From Thermodesulfobacteriota bacterium (GTDB taxonomy: Bacteria; Desulfobacterota; S145-22), in the NCBI GenBank assembly GCA_024763435.1, contig JANTFN010000001.1:1-42722 (forward strand): a stretch of 42,722 nt of DNA, in the 5' to 3' direction. The notes below the pieces were generated by a model that saw nothing but the letters and a program-made list of their open reading frames with translations, had not been told where the DNA came from and made no database searches. A program made the position numbers and the translations under genes. Positions 39,855 through 42,722 of the stretch are shown piece after piece; within the stretch, counting starts at the first letter, position 1, and each line of letters opens with the position of its first letter.

Positions 39855-41062
39855 ATAATATAAAATTATCTCTCCGGGACAGCCTGAAACATCCCCTTTT
39901 TACCCTCCTGATGATGACAGGCGTGGTGGTCAGTATCTTTTCCATGACAACAATTGTGGCCGTCGGGGATGGAACAAAGGCGGAAATCATAAATGCCCTC
40001 AGGGGGTTTGGTTTTGGAGGAGATGTCTTGATGGTTGCCGCGGGAGGAGGACGCATTTTCCGGCATCGCCCTTCCGCCGTGAAGACCTTGAAACCCGCGG
40101 ATGCGGAGGCTCTGAAACAGTTTCCTTTCGTAAAAGCCGTGGCGCCACGGCAGGGGATACGACGCTACCCCGTCCACTTCATGGGTCGCTCATTTAAGAC
40201 GCGTATCCTCGGGGTTACCCCCGCTTATCTTGAAGTCAGCAATTTTCAGGTTGACATGGGCCGGGCCATGGATGGAAGAGATATGCGGGATCATCGAAAG
40301 GTTTGCCTTCTCGGCAGGACGGTGGCAGAGGAACTCTTTCCCGGTAACCGAGCCGCCGCGCTGGGGCAGTTTATTCAGATTGGTAAGTTCTTCTTCAGGA
40401 TAAAGGGGATCCTCGCGGAAAAAGGGCAACTTGGGCGCTTTGACATGGATGACAGAGTTCTGATTCCCCTCTCCACGGCGTCTGTCCTTTTTATACGGGA
40501 CACCTATGTCCATGCCATCAGTGTAAAGCTGAGGGACGCCGCCAAAATTGGAATCTACCAGGAGAAAGTGAAGGCCTTTATTCGGAAACGTCATCACCTG
40601 ACACCGGATCAGCCCGATGATTTTCGCGTGGTTTCCTCTGTTGATGTCGTGCAGTTTGTGAACCGCTCATCGCGGGAGCTCACAGCCCTGCTTATTCGCA
40701 TCATGATTATTTCCCTGCTCGTCAGCGGTATTATTATTACAAATGTCATGCTGGCCTCTGTATCTGAGCGGCGGGTGGAAATTGGCATCAAACGCGCGCT
40801 GGGGGCGTCACGTCGGGATATCCTGGTTCAGTTTCTCTTCGAAGCCATATGGCTTTCGCTTATTGGAAGCCTGGCGGGGGTGTGTGCCGGGGCAGCGACG
40901 GTTTATTTTCTTAGAAACACCATTCCCGCAGCCATTACGCTCCGGCCCTTTCTGATGGCCATCGGCTTCGGGCTTCTCGTGGGGGTGGTTTCAGGCGCCT
41001 TTCCCGCTTGGCGGGCGGGGCAGGTTGATCCCATACGGGCCATTCTCGGGGGACGGTCATGA
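39845..41062 (+). CDS. MacB-type ABC permease 1 (MacB periplasmic domain plus FtsX domain)
   Basis: 405 aa. One N-terminal TM segment, a periplasmic domain of about 230 aa, then three C-terminal TM segments with 'EIGIKRALGASRRDI'. Confidence 0.8.
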   Translation: MFLNNIKLSLRDSLKHPLFTLLMMTGVVVSIFSMTTIVAVGDGTKAEIINALRGFGFGGDVLMVAAGGGRIFRHRPSAVKTLKPADAEALKQFPFVKAVAPRQGIRRYPVHFMGRSFKTRILGVTPAYLEVSNFQVDMGRAMDGRDMRDHRKVCLLGRTVAEELFPGNRAAALGQFIQIGKFFFRIKGILAEKGQLGRFDMDDRVLIPLSTASVLFIRDTYVHAISVKLRDAAKIGIYQEKVKAFIRKRHHLTPDQPDDFRVVSSVDVVQFVNRSSRELTALLIRIMIISLLVSGIIITNVMLASVSERRVEIGIKRALGASRRDILVQFLFEAIWLSLIGSLAGVCAGAATVYFLRNTIPAAITLRPFLMAIGFGLLVGVVSGAFPAWRAGQVDPIRAILGGRS

Positions 41063-42240
41063 GGCGGTTTCGCGGACGTGCCTTTCGGTCGGTTCTGGCA
41101 GTTCTCGGGCTTATCGTGGGGGTTGCCTCGGTCATGGGCATGACAACGCTGGGGCGTCTTCAGGAACAGAAACTCTACCGGGAGATGGAGAAGATGTCGG
41201 TAAACACCCTCATGGTGGTTCCGGGCAGCATCGCCCCGCGTGTCTTTCGCCCCAAGATCAGCGGGACCTTCAAAACCCTGACGCCGGAGGATGCGGCGGC
41301 AATCAGGCGACAGATTCTCCATGTCAGGCGGGTAACTGCCACGGAATATAAAAGCATAACCGTGAAAATGGGGGACAAGGCCGCTTCAACGACCCTGGCG
41401 GGCGTGGATACGTTCTACTTCCCCGTTAAACACCTTGCCCTTGCTTGGGGGAGGCCCATTACAACCCTGAATTTGCGGCGGAAAGAAAAGGTCTGCTGGG
41501 TGGGGCAGGCGGTTCTGGATAACATATTTGATGGAGATCCCCGCCAGGGGCTGGGAAAAGTGATTTTTCTAAACAGGCTCCCCTTTCGGGTGGTGGGTAT
41601 TCTGGCTAGAAAAGGGGTCGACGCTTCGGGGACCAACCGCGATGATATGGTCTTAATTCCCCTGACAACCCTCCTGTCGGTGGTTTTAAATCAGGTCTTT
41701 GTCCGGGTTATTTATGTGGAACCTGATACAATGGGGGCGGTCAGCGCGGTTAAAAGGGATATAACCACCCTGCTGACGAAACGCCACGGCGGGAAAGATT
41801 TTTCCGTCAGAGTCATGACGTCTTATATCCAGCGGAAATTAAAAACGGGGCGCATGATTAGCCTTTCCACAACGATTGTCGCGGCGATCTCCCTGCTGGT
41901 GGGGGGGATTGGGATTCTCGCGGTAATGCTCATTAATGGGCGGGAGCGTGTGCGTGAAATCGGCATTAAACGTGCCGTTGGGGCCAGAAAACGAGATGTC
42001 TTTATCGAATTTCTGACCGAGTCCCTGGTTCTTGGTATCATGGGCGGGGTACTGGGCTGGGTGTCCGGGTTTCTCCTGTCCTGGGGCCTGATTTTGGAGC
42101 AAAAAACGCCCATTTCTTTTCCGTGGCTGGTCGGCGGCGGGGCCTTTCTCTTTTCCCTGACGATTGCGACCCTGTTTGGCCTCTATCCCGCCTGGCGTGC
42201 CAGCCGGATGGATGTAATTCGGGCGTTGTATGATGAATAA
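41059..42240 (+). CDS. MacB-type ABC permease 2 (paralogue)
   Basis: 393 aa with the same architecture, including 'EIGIKRAVGARKRDV' and a 'YPAWRASRMD..' end. ATGA overlap with permease 1. Confidence 0.8.
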   Translation: MRRFRGRAFRSVLAVLGLIVGVASVMGMTTLGRLQEQKLYREMEKMSVNTLMVVPGSIAPRVFRPKISGTFKTLTPEDAAAIRRQILHVRRVTATEYKSITVKMGDKAASTTLAGVDTFYFPVKHLALAWGRPITTLNLRRKEKVCWVGQAVLDNIFDGDPRQGLGKVIFLNRLPFRVVGILARKGVDASGTNRDDMVLIPLTTLLSVVLNQVFVRVIYVEPDTMGAVSAVKRDITTLLTKRHGGKDFSVRVMTSYIQRKLKTGRMISLSTTIVAAISLLVGGIGILAVMLINGRERVREIGIKRAVGARKRDVFIEFLTESLVLGIMGGVLGWVSGFLLSWGLILEQKTPISFPWLVGGGAFLFSLTIATLFGLYPAWRASRMDVIRALYDE

Positions 42241-42299
42241 AGGACGAAGGGCGTAAAACCCTTCAGGCGCCCATTAAATTGATCTGAAACAAATAAAAT

Positions 42300-42335
42300 G
42301 TAGGGGCACGGCATGCCGTGCCCCTACGGTTTTTT
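42300..42335. terminator. Bidirectional intrinsic terminator between the permease gene and lpxC
   Basis: Perfect 28-nt palindrome GTAGGGGCACGGCA|TGCCGTGCCCCTAC (42300-42327). GGTTTTTT flanks it on the + strand and an A-rich run (T-rich on the - strand) flanks the other side. Confidence 0.7.
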
Positions 42336-42722
42336 ATGCAGGAGGCGCGGGGGGCGTCATGTAGGTGGACCCGTAGGTAATATCCCGTCCGTTTTTGAAA
42401 AACCAGCGGTCTTTTTTATCCATCACGGAATGAATCATTTTATGGTGCAGGGCGTGCCCCGATTTGTGCGCGATGATATGCCCGCGCAGAGGACTGCCGA
42501 TAAGCGCCATATCACCCAGCAGGTCGAGGACCTTGTGACGGACAAATTCGTCTTCCGCTCTAAGCCCACCGGGGTTCAAAACAACCTTGTCATCCAGGAC
42601 AACCGCGTTGTCAAGAGAACCGCCCTGGGCAAGCCCCAGGGAGTGAAAATTTTCGATATCCTTTTTAAACCCGAAGGTTCTGGCGTAGGCAATCTCTTTT
42701 GAAAAGGATTCCGGAGTAATAT
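42334..42722 (-). CDS. lpxC: UDP-3-O-acyl-N-acetylglucosamine deacetylase, C-terminal part (5' end lies outside the window)
   Basis: The minus-strand translation reads '..ARTFGFKKDIE..L..GLAQGGSLDNAVVLDD..VLN..GLRAEDEFVRHKVLDLLGDMALIG..L.GHIIAHKSGHALHHK', which is near-canonical LpxC. Confidence 0.9.
   Translation of the reverse strand, partial: ITPESFSKEIAYARTFGFKKDIENFHSLGLAQGGSLDNAVVLDDKVVLNPGGLRAEDEFVRHKVLDLLGDMALIGSPLRGHIIAHKSGHALHHKMIHSVMDKKDRWFFKNGRDITYGSTYMTPPAPPA

Noticed and set aside
42313-42702. 129-aa + strand ORF at the window end.
   Set aside because: It is antisense to the clearly identifiable lpxC C-terminus, and its 'start' lies inside the terminator palindrome.

Overview
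This is a chromosomal window around the replication origin of a Gram-negative (diderm) anaerobe. LpxC, TolC and TonB are present together with Hdr/MvhD-type anaerobic redox genes. A Desulfobacterota-like or related lineage is my inference only. I support about 41 protein-coding genes, packed densely and mostly on the + strand.

Gene content, in order:
- 2-6377: a redox cluster of hdrA (5' truncated), mvhD, an FeS protein, hdrC, hdrB, an SdhB-like protein and an SdhA-like flavoprotein.
- 6392-13616: ogt, a PaaI thioesterase, an AEC transporter, a 3-hydroxyacyl-CoA dehydrogenase with an MFS transporter, a Cys-rich unknown protein, a DapA-family aldolase and a GGDEF cyclase.
- 13764-24465: the origin core gyrA-gpsA-dnaA-dnaN-gyrB-coaE-rho.
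- 24794-31075: a tightly coupled operon of a B12-type radical SAM enzyme, selA, an SH3b protein, rluD, pgeF, yggT and yggU.
- 31142-35282 (minus strand): an ABC-2 exporter, a TonB-like protein and a lipoprotein.
- 35445-42722: a GalT-like enzyme, a tolC / adaptor / ATPase / two-permease MacB-type efflux operon, and the 3' end of lpxC.

Most notable observations:
- mvhD is split in the ORF track by an in-frame TGA. It reads as selenocysteine at a conserved Cys position, has a downstream SECIS-like hairpin, and selA lies in the same window.
- An Hdr/MvhD module is joined to a fumarate-reductase-like SdhAB pair with no membrane anchor.
- gyrA appears to start at a non-canonical AUC codon behind a strong Shine-Dalgarno sequence.
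- DnaA-box clusters flank dnaA and are candidate oriC sequence.
- selA is translationally coupled to an uncharacterised radical SAM enzyme.

I found no rRNA, tRNA, CRISPR array or mobile element by eye. I see no clear defence or other obviously novel multi-gene system. All product calls rest on motif recognition from memory, with no database search.
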